This document shows positions 35,401-48,159 of a stretch of DNA of 64,000 nt, piece by piece. Each line of letters starts with the position of its first letter. Within the stretch, counting starts at the first letter, position 1. The translations under genes were made by a program, and so were the position numbers. The DNA comes from Macrostomum lignano (lineage: Eukaryota): assembly GCA_002269645.1 (NCBI GenBank), contig NIVC01002244.1, positions 216,033 to 280,032 of the forward strand, read 5' to 3'. Below the pieces are notes generated by a model. It was not told where the DNA came from, did no database searches, and worked only from the letters and a program-made list of their open reading frames with translations.

Positions 35401-38266
35401 GCCAGGGGCAGCAGGTGGACCTGCTGGTGTCCCCTACCGAATCCGAACCAATCGGTGCAGGGTAAGCGTATTGTAATATTTTCTAGGCGAATTTATCAAA
35501 AAAAGATCATAAAAAACGTTAGCTGCCGCTTATATCTGTCGTCAGTAGTGTAGAACGATAGAAAACTTGGGCTAATAATAAATGATAAATATATTCTGCA
35601 AATTGCAGCGCAACCGATAGCGGATTTGCCGACTTCTCCAATATGACAACAACGGACGGCGGCGCCGTTGTCAATAGCAACAGCAGCAAAAATAGCGCCG
35701 ATTTGCTGACGGGCCTCGACTTTGGCAGCGGCGGTGGCGGCGGCGGCGTCCCAGTTGCCGTTCAGCAGTCGCTCGGCCCGGCGGCTGTGCCGCTGCAGCC
35801 GCAGCCAGTAGCTTCAGCTGGACGGGGTTTGATTGGGCAGCCGGCCATTGCTCAGGTGTACCAGCAGCAGCAGCAGCAGACTCTAGCTGGCCTCGGCGGG
35901 CAGCAGCAGCAGCCAGTGCAGACTTTGCTACAGATGCAGGCGTCTCAGATGAGTGCTGGTGAGCAATTTTAGGGAATAGAGGGAAATAGTCCCTGTGAAG
36001 TCTGGCTTACACAGCCATAAGAATCGCCCCTGAGACAGCCATAAGAATCGCCCCTGAGCCATCCAAAAGAATCGCCCCTGAGCCATCCAAAAGAATCTCC
36101 CCTGAGCCAGCCATAAGAATCGCCCCTGAGCCATCCAAAAGAATCGCCCCTGAGCCATCCAAAAGAATCGCCCCTGAGCCATCCAAAAGAATCGCCCCTG
36201 AGCCAGCCATAAGAATCGCCCCTGAGCCATCCAAAAGAATCGCCCCTGAGCCATCCAAAAGAATCGCCCCTGAGCCATCCAAAAGAATCGCCCCTGAGCC
36301 AGCCATAAGAATCGCCCCTGAGCCAGCCATAAGAATCGCCCCTGAGACAGCCATAAGAATCGCCCCTGAGCCAGCCATAAGAATCTCCCCTGAGCCAGCC
36401 ATAAGAATCGCCCCTGCGCCATCCAAAAGAATCGCCCCTGAGCCATCCAAAAGAATCGCCCCTAAGCCATCCAAAAGAATCTCCCCTGAGCCAGCCATAA
36501 GAACCGCCCCTGAGCCATCCAAAAGATTCGCCCCTGAGCCATCCAAAAGAATCGCCCCTGAGCCAGCCATAAGAATCTCCCCTGAGCCAGCCATAAGAAT
36601 CGCCCCTGAGCCAGCCATAAGAATCGCCCCTGAGCCAGCCATAAGAATCTCCCCTGAGCCAGCCATAAGAATCGCCCCTGAGCCAGCCATAAGAATCGCC
36701 CCTGAGCCAGCCATAAGAATCGCCCCTGAGCCAGCCATAAGAATCGCCCCTGAGCCAGCCATAAGAATCGCCCCTGAGCCAGCCATAAGAATCGCCCCTG
36801 AGCCAGCCATAAGAATCGCCCCTGAGCCAGCCATAAGAATCGCCCCTGAGCCATCCATAAGAATCGCCCCTGAGCCATCCATAAAAATCGCCCCTGAGCC
36901 AGCCATAAGAATCGCCCCTGAGCCAGCCATAAGAATCTCCCCTGAGCCAGCCATAAGAATCGCCCCTGAGCCAGCCATAAAAATCGCCCCTGAGCCAGCC
37001 ATAAGAATCGCCCCTGAGCCATCCAAAAGAATCTCCCCTGAGCCAGCCATAAGAATCGCCCCTGAGCCAGCCATAAGAATCGCCCCTGAGCCAGCCATAA
37101 GAATCTCCCCTGAGACAGCCATAAGAACCGCCCCTGAGCCATCCAAAAGAATCTCCCCTGAGACAGCCATAAGAATCGCCCCTGAGCCAGCCATAAGAAT
37201 CGCCCCTGAGCCATCCAAAAGAATCTCCCCTGAGACAGCCATAAGAATCGCCCCTGAGCCAGCCATAAGAATCGCCCCTGAGCCAGCCATAAGAATCTCC
37301 CCTGAGCCAGCCATAAGAATCGCCCCTGAGCCATCCAAAAGAATCGCCCCTGAGCCATCCCGCCCATCCATAAAAATCGGTCCTGAGACAGCCATAAGAA
37401 TCGCCCCTGAGCCATCCAAAAAAATCTCCCCTGAGGCAGCCATAAGAATCGCCCCTGAGCCATCCACAAGAATCGCCCCTGAGCCAGCCATAAGAATCGC
37501 CCCTGAGACAGCCATAAGAATCGCCCCTGAGCCAGCCATAAGAATCGCCCCTGAGCCATCCATAAGAATCGCCCCTGAGCCATCCAAAAGAATCGCCCCT
37601 GAGTCATCCAAAAGAATCTCCCCTGAGCCAGCCATAAGAATCGCCCCTGAGCCATCCAAAAGAATCTCCCCTGAGCCAGCCATAAAAATCGCCCCTGAGC
37701 CAGCCATAAGAATCTCCCCTGAGCCAGCCCTAAGAATCTCCCCTGAGACAGCCATAAAAATCGCCCCTGAGACAGCCATAAGAATCGCCCCTGAGACAGC
37801 CATAAGAATCGCCCCTGAGACAGCCATAAAAATCGCCCCTGAGACAGCCATAAAAATCGCCCCTGAGCCAGCCATAAGAATCGCCCCTGAGACAGCCATA
37901 AGAATCGCCCCTGAGACAGCCATAAGAATCGCCCCTCATCCCCAATGTCAAAGACGCGGCTCCCGAGCACCAGCAACTCACAATTCTCTCCTGCTATTCA
38001 ATGCAGGTCCCGCAGGCCCGCAGCCTTCGCCGTTCGCGGCCGCAGCTCCGGCTGGATTCGGTCAGCAGCAGCCGCGGCCGGCCGCCTTTCAGGCTCAGCC
38101 AGCTGCCGCACCCCAGTTAAAGTCGCCAACATCGCCAACTTATCCGACCAGCGTCAACTGGGGCAGCGGCGGCGCCGGATCTGGCGGCATTGGCGGCGCC
38201 AGACGAGCGCCAAGTCTGCAAGCGAAAGCGGACCAAGCCTTTGCCGATCTGGTCTCGCTGAAGTGA
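23412..38266 (+). CDS. CLINT1: Clathrin interactor 1 / EpsinR (ENTH-domain protein), ~602 aa, 9 coding exons
   Basis: Exons 23412-23458, 27189-27389, 28981-29119, 29736-29891, 30597-30768, 34438-34818, 35360-35461, 35609-35958, 38007-38266, all GT-AG and in phase. ENTH signature TNVVMNYTELEGKVREATNDEAWGP...NWRRVYKSLLLLTYLIRHGSERVVTSAREHIYDLR. Also VDLSAAA, DEFADF and GFADF motifs, ending AFADLVSLK*. Exon 2 lacks 1 nt near 27330. Confidence 0.92.
25005..25700. repeat. 24-bp minisatellite (CLINT1 intron 1)
   Basis: Unit GATAAACCAAGGATTATTGCACTT, ~28 copies, decaying towards 25860. Confidence 0.95.
25960..26600. repeat. Composite ~60-bp repeat of three GATGCTT-initiated subunits (CLINT1 intron 1)
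   Basis: GATGCTTGCTATCTGCAG-GATGCTTGCTATCTRGGTG-GATGCTTCTAYAATAT... repeated about 9 times. Confidence 0.88.
27407..28937. repeat. 29/30-bp minisatellite filling CLINT1 intron 2
   Basis: Unit GAGAATCTGCCTCTGATCTCTCAGTCCTT(T), ~50 copies, from ~17 nt after the donor to ~40 nt before the acceptor. Confidence 0.96.
29390..29730. repeat. Degenerate C-rich CCTATAC-type repeat ending at the CLINT1 intron 3 acceptor
   Basis: Repeated TATCCTATACCCC variants run directly into CCCGCAG (29735). Confidence 0.85.
29908..30400. repeat. 22-bp minisatellite in CLINT1 intron 4
   Basis: Unit GGTTTACCTGGGCATAATACCT, ~20 copies, starting ~16 nt after the donor. Confidence 0.95.
30855..31420. repeat. 23-bp minisatellite in CLINT1 intron 5 (5' part)
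   Basis: Unit AAGAATCTGTCTGAATTCCCCAT, ~24 copies. Confidence 0.95.
32110..34380. repeat. 25-bp C-rich minisatellite in CLINT1 intron 5 (3' part)
   Basis: Unit CATCATTCCCCACACCTCAGAAGCC and variants, ~90 copies, ending ~55 nt before the acceptor. Confidence 0.96.
34814..35282 (+). repeat. 19-bp G-rich minisatellite beginning at the exon 6/intron 6 junction of CLINT1
   Basis: Units GATCCGTGAGTGTGGGGTA and GATCTGGGGGTGTGGGGTA, ~24 copies. Confidence 0.95.
36008..37935. repeat. 24-bp minisatellite filling CLINT1 intron 8
   Basis: Unit GAGCCAGCCATAAGAATCGCCCCT or GAGCCATCCAAAAGAATCGCCCCT, ~80 copies. Confidence 0.96.
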
Positions 38267-39321
38267 CGCGGCAACTACTGCTAGTAGTAAACCGTTGCTT
38301 GGTTAATCGGATTATTTCAGAAAAATGTGTTTTAATAAAATCAATAATCCGAGAGGCCCCGACATGTTTCTCTCTCTCTATTTTGTTGTTAATTTTTCTA
38401 GCACCACCTCGGGCTGTGAACTCCGACTTCATTGGCAGGAAATTCGTGTCTGAGTCTGTTTAATTCACTCTCGCTCACACAGCTGCATCGCCCCTGCCCC
38501 CCAGCCTCCGTATTGCCTTTAATTCTTATATTGATTTGAATCGGAATCAAAAGCTTTATATGCATATATGATACTACTATTATTACTATTGGCTATCGTC
38601 GTTTTATGTGTTTTGTTGTCTCCCAAATTTTGGTTTTTATAAGTACAATATTTATACATATACTACTGATCTACTTGTGCGCAAAAGTAGTATGTGTTAA
38701 TCGGGCAATTAGCTGAGCAGCAATCGGACTCTTGCTACGGATGTGTGGCAACAACAGCAACGGCCTTGTAAAATTTTAGTTGAAAGCGTGTTTTTGTATC
38801 GAATTTTTCATATTTGTTGATTTATTAAATAGAACTAATGTGCCATTTTGTTATTTATATACCTATCAAAAGCCCCCCCCCCATAGCAAGCGGCTAACTT
38901 TGCAGATTTGCGTGTCTTTTTGCACCCGCTCTATATATTTGTTCAATCTGTTATGCTTTGATTACAATGCTTTACTATTGTCTTTATTGAGGTTTGTAAA
39001 ATCTGTTTTGTCAGTTTTCGGTTTCAATAAATTCCTCTGCCCCTTGTGCCAGGCTTTGAAATGACTGAATTTTCACACTGTTTAACTAATTGCAGGAACA
39101 AGAGTTTTGAAAATAACTGTCTTGCTTTTCTGTAGCTTTTCTCTTCGTTTAAAGACAACTCTTGTTTATCTCTGCTATTCGTGTTGGTTAATTTTTGTGC
39201 CTTAGGAGAAACGTTTCCTTTAATAATTTGTTTAAATCATTGGTCAGGCTTGAATTTATGCTTTTTGTTCATGCAGGTTCTGTGGAAAAACTTCAAGACA
39301 AACTGGTTGCATACATGTACC

Positions 39322-40310
39322 CACAGACAATTGGTGTCCAAGCCACAGACAATTGGTGTCCAAGCCACAGACAATTGGTGTCCAAGCCACAGACAATTGG
39401 TGTCCAAGCCACAGACAATTGGTGTCCAAGCCACAGACAATTGGTGTCCAAGCCACAGACAATTGGTGTCCAAGCCACAGACAATTGGTGTCCAAGCCAC
39501 AGACAATTGGTGTCCAAGCCACAGACAATTGGTGTCCAAGCCACAGACAATTGGTGTCCAAGCCACAGACAATTGGTGTCCAAGCCACAGACAATTGGTG
39601 TCCAAGCCACAGACAATTGGTGTCCAAGCCACAGACAATTGGTGTCCAAGCCACAGACAATTGGTGTCCAAGCCACAGACAATTGGTGTCCAAGCCACAG
39701 ACAATTGGTGTCCAAGCCAGACAATTGGTGTCCAAGCCACAGACAATTGGTGTCCAAGCCACAGACAATTGGTGTCCAAGCCACAGACAATTGGTGTCCA
39801 AGCCAGACAATTGGTGTCCAAGCCACAGACAATTGGTGTCCAAGCCACAGACAATTGGTGTCCAAGCCACAGACAATTGGTGTCCAAGCCACAGACAATT
39901 GGTGTCCAAGCCACAGACAATTGGTGTCCAAGCCAGACAATTGGTGTCCAAGCCACAGACAATTGGTGTCCAAGCCACAGACAATTGGTGTCCAAGCCAC
40001 AGACAATTGGTGTCCAAGCCACAGACAATTGGTGTCCAAGCCACAGACAATTGGTGTCCAAGCCAGACAATTGGTGTCCAAGCCACAGACAATTGGTGTC
40101 CAAGCCACAGACAATTGGTGTCCAAGCCACAGACAATTGGTGTCCAAGCCACAGACACAATTGGTGTCCCAGTCACAGACACAATTGGTGTCCCAGCCAC
40201 AGACACAATTGGTGTCCCAGTCACAGACACAATAGATGTCCCAGCCACAGACACAATTGGTGTCCGAGCCACAGACACAATAGATGTCCCAGCCAAGGAC
40301 ACAATGGATG
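39322..40310. repeat. Highly homogeneous 22-bp minisatellite between CLINT1 and SARNP
   Basis: Unit CACAGACAATTGGTGTCCAAGC, with occasional shortened units and a 24-bp variant after ~40150. Confidence 0.97.
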
Positions 40311-41407
40311 TCCATTTAGCAATAATTTTTAACTGCTGTATTTCGTGTTTTGTCCAGCCATCGTCTTAAATTCCGAATCGGTCCCGAGGCATTCTAAAAT
40401 CACCAAATTTCAATTAATTGTCTATTTTTTTACGTTGTAACTTTCTGCAGTGCTCTGTCTGTTGTGCTCAAACCAGAGGTTTGTTTTTAATAATCATAAT
40501 AATCTGCCGTTTTCTCTATGCGTGAGTTTCGTTTCTGTTTTATGAAGCTGTGATTCTTGCTGCACGCCTGTTTACTGATAACCGCCATCCCATTAATCCA
40601 GTTCTGGAGGTTACACAACTTCATAAATTTTTATTTTTTTCAATCTCAACTCTGACCAGCCACCATCACTGTACTTAGGGTTTTAAGCTGTTTTACTATG
40701 CGACACAGGACCAGTATGAATACTTTAATTTGATCCAATAGATTTTCTTTTATAACCATTGCACGCTATTCATAGTAGTGTCGCTTCAGCCAGCCGAGAG
40801 CGACTGCGACCATCTCCTATTTTTATTTGAACACCCACCCGAGCACCAAGACTTGATCTTTGTAAGCCAGCCACGCAAGCAATAAAATATTATTAATATT
40901 TACTATAATAATAACAAGCCCGGATTTATAAGTTAGCTTCGAAGCCAGTTAATAAAAATTGGCGACACTAAAAGTCAATTTTTTTGTCATCAATCAATGT
41001 TACTAAGTATGCAATATTAGTGACTGTCAGATACTATACCAGTGTAATATGGGTATTAAACAGGTTCTAAATAATGTTATTTAAATTCAATAACGCGACA
41101 GTGAAATGTTAAAAAATTACAAGAAATAAATTAACTATCAAATTAACTAATTACGTGTAATTTACGGATTCGTTTAATAAAACCACAAGATGATGTAATG
41201 TATGAGTAATACGGTAGCTGCCGAGAATTGAGTCACAAAAAGTTTACAAGCAACAAATTTGAGTGCAGCAGAGTCGGAGCACAGGTTCAGATTTATAGCG
41301 CGAATTTCAATGGCCTTTATTTATACGTAATATATTTATATGCACTAGCAGAATTGAATTCCTATAAGTAATTATTCTGCGAGTCTATCTAACTGTCTGT
41401 GTCTGTC

Positions 41408-41761
<354 letters not shown>

Positions 41762-41995
41762 ACCAACCAGTATCAGCAAGACCCATTAGTGCACACGCAC
41801 AAATTGGCACAAAAAGCACAAAAAATGACTCCATAATTTAAAGAACCGCACTAGGTTAAAACGACTACTACAATGATTCAACCAAACAAATAAAAGAAAC
41901 TGCTATTGCGACACGTAATTCAAATCAGTCGCACAATCAAAATGCACAATAGCGTGTTTATAGTGTGGGCTGGCAGATCATTTGTTCTTCTTTCA

Positions 41996-43096
41996 TCAAG
42001 TAGCCGCTGCCCCCTCCTCCGCCGGCTTTTCCACCGGAACCGCTTCCGCCTCGGCGGCGCCGGAATCATCGCCGCCAAACCTGGCCGCCCGGGCGCGCTT
42101 CTTGGCTGCCACTTCCTCGGAGTCCTCGTTGTCGACGTCCTTATCGGCGGCCGTCGGCCCCTCGGGCTCCTTCATCAAGGCCGGCGAAGTGACAACGCCA
42201 AATCGTTCGGCGCGTTTGCGCATTTTATCAACGTCTCCAGGCGCCAAACTGGCGCCGTCGGATTGGCGCGAGCCGCGCGCCCCGGCTGGTTTTGGCGATG
42301 CGTAGTCGGAGGCGTCGCCGAATCGTTGGGCGCGGGCGCGCTTTCGCGACTCGATCTCCGGGTGAGTGGTGTCGGCGCTTGACGAACTGGCCGGCGCCGC
42401 CGGATCGACGCCGAATCGTTTGGCGCGCAATTGGCGCCGTTCATCTTCGGTAAGTTCGGCCAGGCCGGCGGCTTTCATTGGGGCGCGCAGGACACCTTCG
42501 AGAGGCTGCGGCGCGGCGGCTTCGGCTTCTTCGGACTTGCTGGCGCCCATTGAGGCTTCGGAGTCGATTTCGATGGCCGCGACATCCACTGATTGGCTGT
42601 CTGAAGGATCAGTTGGGGTGGTTGTCGCTTTCTCTGTCTCCTTGGTTGGCTCTGATTGGCTGACCGGGTCAGTTGGGGCGGGCTTCGATATTTTCGTCTC
42701 CTTGCCCAGCTCTGATTGGCTGGCAGGGGCGGCTGGGGTTGGCGTCGCAGCATTAGTCACCTTGGCGGCCTCTAATTGGCTACCAGGCACTTTAGGCTCT
42801 GGTGGCGGCGGCGAGGGCGGCACAGAAATTTTGCTGTCCTCATCAAGTTCGCTGCGCTCTTCGCCACTAGTAGCCAGGCTAACTGAGGCGGCGGTGGCCG
42901 AATTCTCGGCCAGAGCATCCTCAGACAGGAGTAGAGACTCTTCGTCAGCCCGAGTAACCAAGTGATTGCGCAGGCGCTGAACCAGTTCCTTCTTGGATCC
43001 AGTCACTGGCAGGCAATATGACTTGCAACGCTCTTTGAGTTCTTTAAGCTTCAGGGAGCTGAGCTGCTCCACTGTGGGCACATCTGCTGACATCAT
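41996..43096 (-). CDS. SARNP: SAP domain-containing ribonucleoprotein (SARNP/CIP29/Tho1-like), 366 aa, intronless
   Basis: N-terminal SAP domain (LSSLKLKELKERCKSYCLPVTGSKKELVQRL), a low-complexity linker and four RAxRFG motifs (LRAKRFG, ARAQRFG, KRAERFG, ARAARFG) typical of the Tho1/SARNP C-terminus. Confidence 0.85.
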   Translation of the reverse strand: MMSADVPTVEQLSSLKLKELKERCKSYCLPVTGSKKELVQRLRNHLVTRADEESLLLSEDALAENSATAASVSLATSGEERSELDEDSKISVPPSPPPPEPKVPGSQLEAAKVTNAATPTPAAPASQSELGKETKISKPAPTDPVSQSEPTKETEKATTTPTDPSDSQSVDVAAIEIDSEASMGASKSEEAEAAAPQPLEGVLRAPMKAAGLAELTEDERRQLRAKRFGVDPAAPASSSSADTTHPEIESRKRARAQRFGDASDYASPKPAGARGSRQSDGASLAPGDVDKMRKRAERFGVVTSPALMKEPEGPTAADKDVDNEDSEEVAAKKRARAARFGGDDSGAAEAEAVPVEKPAEEGAAAT

Positions 43097-43353
43097 GCAT
43101 TGAGAAGTGGTTTGTTATGCTTAGTGATTTATTTGAACTCTGATTTATGAGCCATGATGTAGAACTTGGACAAACTTGTAAGCTCTGTATTGTCAGTCAC
43201 AATATACTAAATCTCAATAATCGAACATGCCTACATTATATTCTACAATAGCACTTAATTAATATTGTTTAAAATTTAAACATGCACATTTTCCTGAAAG
43301 ACCTACATGAAAGATTTTATGCAAGTTTATGTATGTTTTAGTGTAGGTATATA

Positions 43354-44659
43354 CAAGGGGTGATCAAAAATTTTGTGCAACCTTTTGTTATAGAATTGGC
43401 AAAAGCCAAAAACTTACAAATATGCGGCTATATCTGTTTGCTATATTTATATGCATTTTTGGCTTCCAAATGTGCACCAGTCAAATTTTGCAGCCATATA
43501 TTTTCCATGTGTTTTCAGTAGCTGATGGAAACATCAAAAGACAGTGTTTGCTTCTATATCTTTATGTGCATGCAACTTGGTTGCAAAGTGATTGAGATTC
43601 ATATTGATCTGGTGAATGTTTTAGCTGACTCTGCTCCATCATTTGATACAGTTGCCCATTGACTGCGCCATTTCTTAGAAGGCTAGGACAGCTTCAACTG
43701 TGAACCAAGGTCTGGCTGACCCTGGACATCCATGATCGAAGATGTCGTGGCCCATGCCAATGCAATATTTTGTGAGGATTGGAGCATTACGTTAAGATTC
43801 CTTGCCTATGAGCTTGGTGTCAGCTATGGAAGTGCTTATAACATTATGCATGAGCAACTGGGCTGCACAAAGACCTGCGCTCAGTGAGTACCCATCTTCT
43901 CACTCTAGAGCAGCAAACAGAGAGGGTGCATATCTGTCGCTTGTGGGTGCAAATGTTTGAGCCCCACAGCCCACAATGACTGTCGGATGTCATCACAGGA
44001 GACAAATGTTGGATCTCCTTCTTTTACTATGAAGGATAAGCAGTCCAACATGGTCTGGCTGGCAGAAGATGAGCCCAAGGCCCAAGGTGCTGAAGACTGG
44101 ATTCCTCAGTTAGAAGCGGATATTCACCATTTTTTTTACTTTCAAGGTGTTGTATCGATAAACATCCTTCCAGTGGGTGCCACAGTGACTGCCAAGTACT
44201 ATACAGACACTGTTTTGCCAGGTGTGCTACAGGAGTGGCAGGAATGTGCATGAACTAAGCATGAACCTCAACTCCTGCTGTACCATGACAATGCGGCACC
44301 ACACAGAGCAGCCTCAACCATAGCGTACCTAGAGCAGCAGGGGGTCTGGCTGCTGCCCCATCCACCCTACTCTCTAGACCTAGCACCATGTGACTTTTGG
44401 CTCTTCCCAAAGATCAAATCCATTATTTCTGGGAGGCCATTTTCACGCATACAAGACTTTGCCCAAGTGGTAAATTCTGCTCTATAGGGTATACTAACTT
44501 GGGAATACCATGACTGCTTTCAAACATGGTGTATATGCATTGCGATAGTATATAGATAGTGGTAGAAAGTACTATAAGGGAATATGACATTGATTAGAAC
44601 CATGGTTTCTATAATACTGAGTTATAAGGTCACTTGCAGAACGTTTTGATCACCCCTCA
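43354..44659 (+). mobile_element. Decayed mariner (Tc1/mariner, D,D34D) element 1, ~1.31 kb
   Basis: TIRs CAAGGGGTGATCAAAA and TTTTGATCACCCCTCA with TA flanks. Transposase remnant HDNAAPH...PHPPYSLDLAPCDFWLFP has 34 residues between the Asp residues. Stops and frameshifts present. Confidence 0.92.
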
Positions 44660-45208
44660 TATGTACCACTTTGGTCTCATTCTTATATTTTTAACATTTT
44701 TGATTAATTATCAACCATTTTCATTCTATAAACTATATAAATTTTTTGTTACAAAGTTATAAATTTTATAACAAAAAAGCCTTAAAGTCATATAATATAA
44801 AAATTTAGACATAATATATAGGTAATTACATAATAAAACAAATTAGCATATTCCTTAGGCTAGGGCCTACATAGTATGTAGTTCTTAGTTACCTTTGGAA
44901 TTTGCCTTTTGGACTTGATTTGTAATTACACAAGTTAAAAAAGTCATTATAGGTTTAATAGGGGCCTAAAATAACTTAGGCCTAGTCTGAACCTAGTCTT
45001 TTGATAAATTTTTAGCCCCTAGGCCTAGGCCTAGGTTTGAAATACAAGTTTTAAGAAAATCAGTTGAGCTATTTTTCTTAAACCAATCAGATATGCCAAT
45101 ATAGTCATAGACAGACAAACCATTTTAGTGCAGGCCTAGTGTAGCCAGTGTAGGCCGACATAGCCAACGTAGCCGACATGGGTGTACGCCCACAACTACA
45201 ACTATATA

Positions 45209-46530
45209 TGAGGGTTGTTTGGAAAGTTGACAATCAAACATGCATATCTTTTTTTGAGTCACTACTTTGTCTTGAAACTTTATAGGCCTACCATAAACAA
45301 ATATCATACCCTGAATGTTTTAAATCAAGAGTGGTCTTGTTTGAGCCAAGAATTTCCTTCTTGCAGTGTTTTTAGTCACATAGGAATTTCATCACTATGC
45401 TGAATAACGAAGAAGCAAAGCGAAGTGTCATTTGGTTTTTGTGGAAACAAGGAAAGCGACAGGCAGAAATTCTTTACAAGTTGCAAGCAACATATGGCAA
45501 ATGTGCACCATAAAAAACAATGGTCAACAAGTGGGTGCAGCATTTTGAAGACAGCTAAGAGACAGTCGATGACTTTCTATGGAGTGGCCGGCCTGCCACC
45601 ACAGTCAACAGGTCAAACATCGAGCTTGTGCGTCATGCTCTAGATGTTGACCGCCGATTTATAGTGCGAGAGTTGTCAACCATTACTGGCATCTCATCAA
45701 CGGCCATTCATTCAATCCTGACAGTTGAGCTTGGTATGTCATACGTTGTTACATGTTGGGTCCCGAAACTTCTGACTGACCAACAGCAGCGAGAGCAGGT
45801 CCAGGTGTGTTGGCAGCTCCTTTAGTCATATCACAGTGATCCCAACTTTTTGGACCAGATTGTGACTAGGCTAGGGATGAATCCTAGTTTCATTATAGTG
45901 AGCCAGAGTCCAAGATACAAAGCAATGTGTGGAAGGCCAGCCATGAGCCCATACCTATCAAGGCCCTGACTGCACCTTCAGCTGGCAAGCAAATGGCCAC
46001 CATCTTCTGGGACAAGGAGGGTATTCTGCTCATTGAATGGCTTTCTCGTGGTACCACAATAAACAGTGAGTACTACATCTAAGTCTTACAGAAGTTGCGT
46101 GAAGCCATCAAGGCCTAGCGGCATGGCAAGCTGAGCCATGGCATCCTGCTTCAGCACAACAATGCCAGGCCACACACCAGCCAGGCAACAATGGCTGCCA
46201 TTTCAGACCTGGGCTTCGAGGTGCTGCCACACCCACCCTACTCGCTGGACCTCGCACCCAGTGACTTCTGGCTATTCGGAGAGATGAAAAAAACCCTCCG
46301 AGGTTGCCAGTATAGCTCCCTACAGACCCTGGCATCGGCCATCAGCCAGTGGGTCAGGGGTTCACCTGCCAATTTCTATGCTGCCGGCATCGAGAAGTTG
46401 CCTGAGAGGTGGCACAAGTGCATAAGCCTCAAGGGTGCCTACGTTGAGAAGCAGGAGGAGTAGCGTTACATTTGTTCAATCCGTTAAACTGTTAGACACG
46501 TTTGATCGCAGACTTTCCGAACAATCCTCG
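45209..46530 (+). mobile_element. Decayed mariner element 2, ~1.32 kb, a different lineage from element 1
   Basis: About 31-bp TIRs TGAGGGTTGTTTGGAAAGTTGACAATCAAAC and GTTTGATCGCAGACTTTCCGAACAATCCTCG with TA flanks. Motifs CWVPKLLT and HNNARPH...HPPYSLDLAPSDFWLF (catalytic D changed to N), ending RWHKCISLKGAYVEK. Confidence 0.93.
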
Positions 46531-46763
46531 TATTTGCATTATAAAGTAGGCCCTAGCATTTACAAAGAAAAGAACAGCGAACAGGGAAATTAAATTAATT
46601 AATAGGCTTAGTAAATACTAGATAGGCTAGCCATAATAGCCAAATGCCCTGTAGGAATGATAGATAAATACGTTTAAGCAGAATCACACTGAAAGAAAGT
46701 TTCCCCGTCCTGTGGGTCAACTAACTGAATGACAAATTGAAATTAGGCCTAAGTAACTACAAT

Positions 46764-47023
46764 GGGCCTTTTCATATTGCTTGCTCTGGTTCCAGAACCA
46801 GAACCTATTTGTGAAGTATAACTTTTTGTCTCCATAACTAGACGGAGATACGTACTATAAAGTTTTTATTATTGAATGACAATGGCCAAGAAGAAAGTGA
46901 ATAATTGTGCTAAGTTAGGTTGTTAAGGCAGTCAAATATTAACAGAGTTTAATAGTTATACTGCTGTTTTTCTTGGAATTCCGAACCGATTCTGGTTCTG
47001 GAATTGGTAATATGAAAAGGCCC
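46764..47023. mobile_element. Small MITE (260 bp), PIF/Harbinger-Tourist-like
   Basis: Termini GGGCCTTTTCATATT...AATATGAAAAGGCCC with inverted CCAGAACCAGAA subterminal motifs. A 3-bp AAT direct repeat flanks both sides. Confidence 0.75.
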
Positions 47024-47560
47024 AATATCGCACCGCGGGAATATGTATAGCAAAAAATGGTAAAACGAAAACTTGAATTTTAATTCTAAAATAGACCAAC
47101 ATATTTAAACCCAACAGAAATCTATATAAAGTATGTTTTAAAAAAGTTTTGTGCAATTGAGTGCGGTTTCATACCTGTAAAATGCTTATACTAGGCAATG
47201 TATTTTTTTAACTAAGTAAAAAGTTCTCAGAAAAGGTTTTAAATTTTGTATGTATGGCTTTTATTTTCCATGTCGTCGCCGCAGCAAATAATTACTGTAT
47301 AATGAACGACGACAATGTTCAAGTTATTTTTTCGAATGCGTAATAGGTCTAGCGTCTAAATTTTAAAAATTTTTTAGTGAAATAGACAGAGAATATACAG
47401 TAGGCCTAATGTATTTACAAGATAATATGGACAAGGTTACTACATAAATGCACAATCGAAATTAATTTTAATACATATGCTGTGGATTTATTATATCTAG
47501 CCATTACAGATCATAATGTAAAACTTAGATATCTTATTAAATATGTATAGGCCTATTTAT

Positions 47561-47998
47561 GGTCACTGGTCAGATCGTCATATTCCATTTCATCATATCG
47601 GATGACGAAGTGACCAGAAGCAAAGTAGCTTGAAAAATAAAAATTTAATATGACGAAGTGACCAAATATTTAGTTTATGCTGGATACTTCGTCATCAACC
47701 AATCAATCTATGCGTAATTCGAGCTAGTGTAGGCTATTTTTTGTTTAATAACTAAAAGCTACAGCAAGCAGAACTGATCAATCGACAGGTTTTATCAATT
47801 GAGATGACAAAATGACTGGGATCATTAAAATTCCAACAAGTAAATATATTTAATTGCCACAATAATTCACTAGAAGTTGGAACTAATTGGATGACGAAAT
47901 GACTCTCTTCAGGTAGTGCATATTAATTAAGATGACAAAGTGACCATAGTCGAGGGCGAGGTAAGCACCCCAGACATCCAGATGATGAATTGACTAGG
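47561..47998 (+). mobile_element. Dispersed ~0.45-kb repeat (MITE-like), copy 2
   Basis: Colinear with 2584-3065 from GGTCACTGGTCAGAT to TGACTAGG. Confidence 0.7.
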
Positions 47999-48159
47999 AA
48001 CCCTAGGCCTATTTATTACATAGGGGCCTAATTCTGATTATTCTGTACTTATTAATTATACAATAACTTTGATTAAAATAGATGACTGATCTGATCAGAC
48101 AAGATGAATAGTTGATTTAAATACTGAGTGAAATATAATTATAGGTCTATAAAAAATGG

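Noticed and set aside
39322-40150. Regular short repeats resembling a CRISPR array
   Set aside because: There are no unique spacers or cas genes, and the context is eukaryotic.
35928-40369. Long ORFs of 300-640 aa (GSGAILMA, QTIGVQATDNWCPSHR repeats)
   Set aside because: They are frames through the 24-bp intronic and 22-bp intergenic arrays, with no unique coding context.
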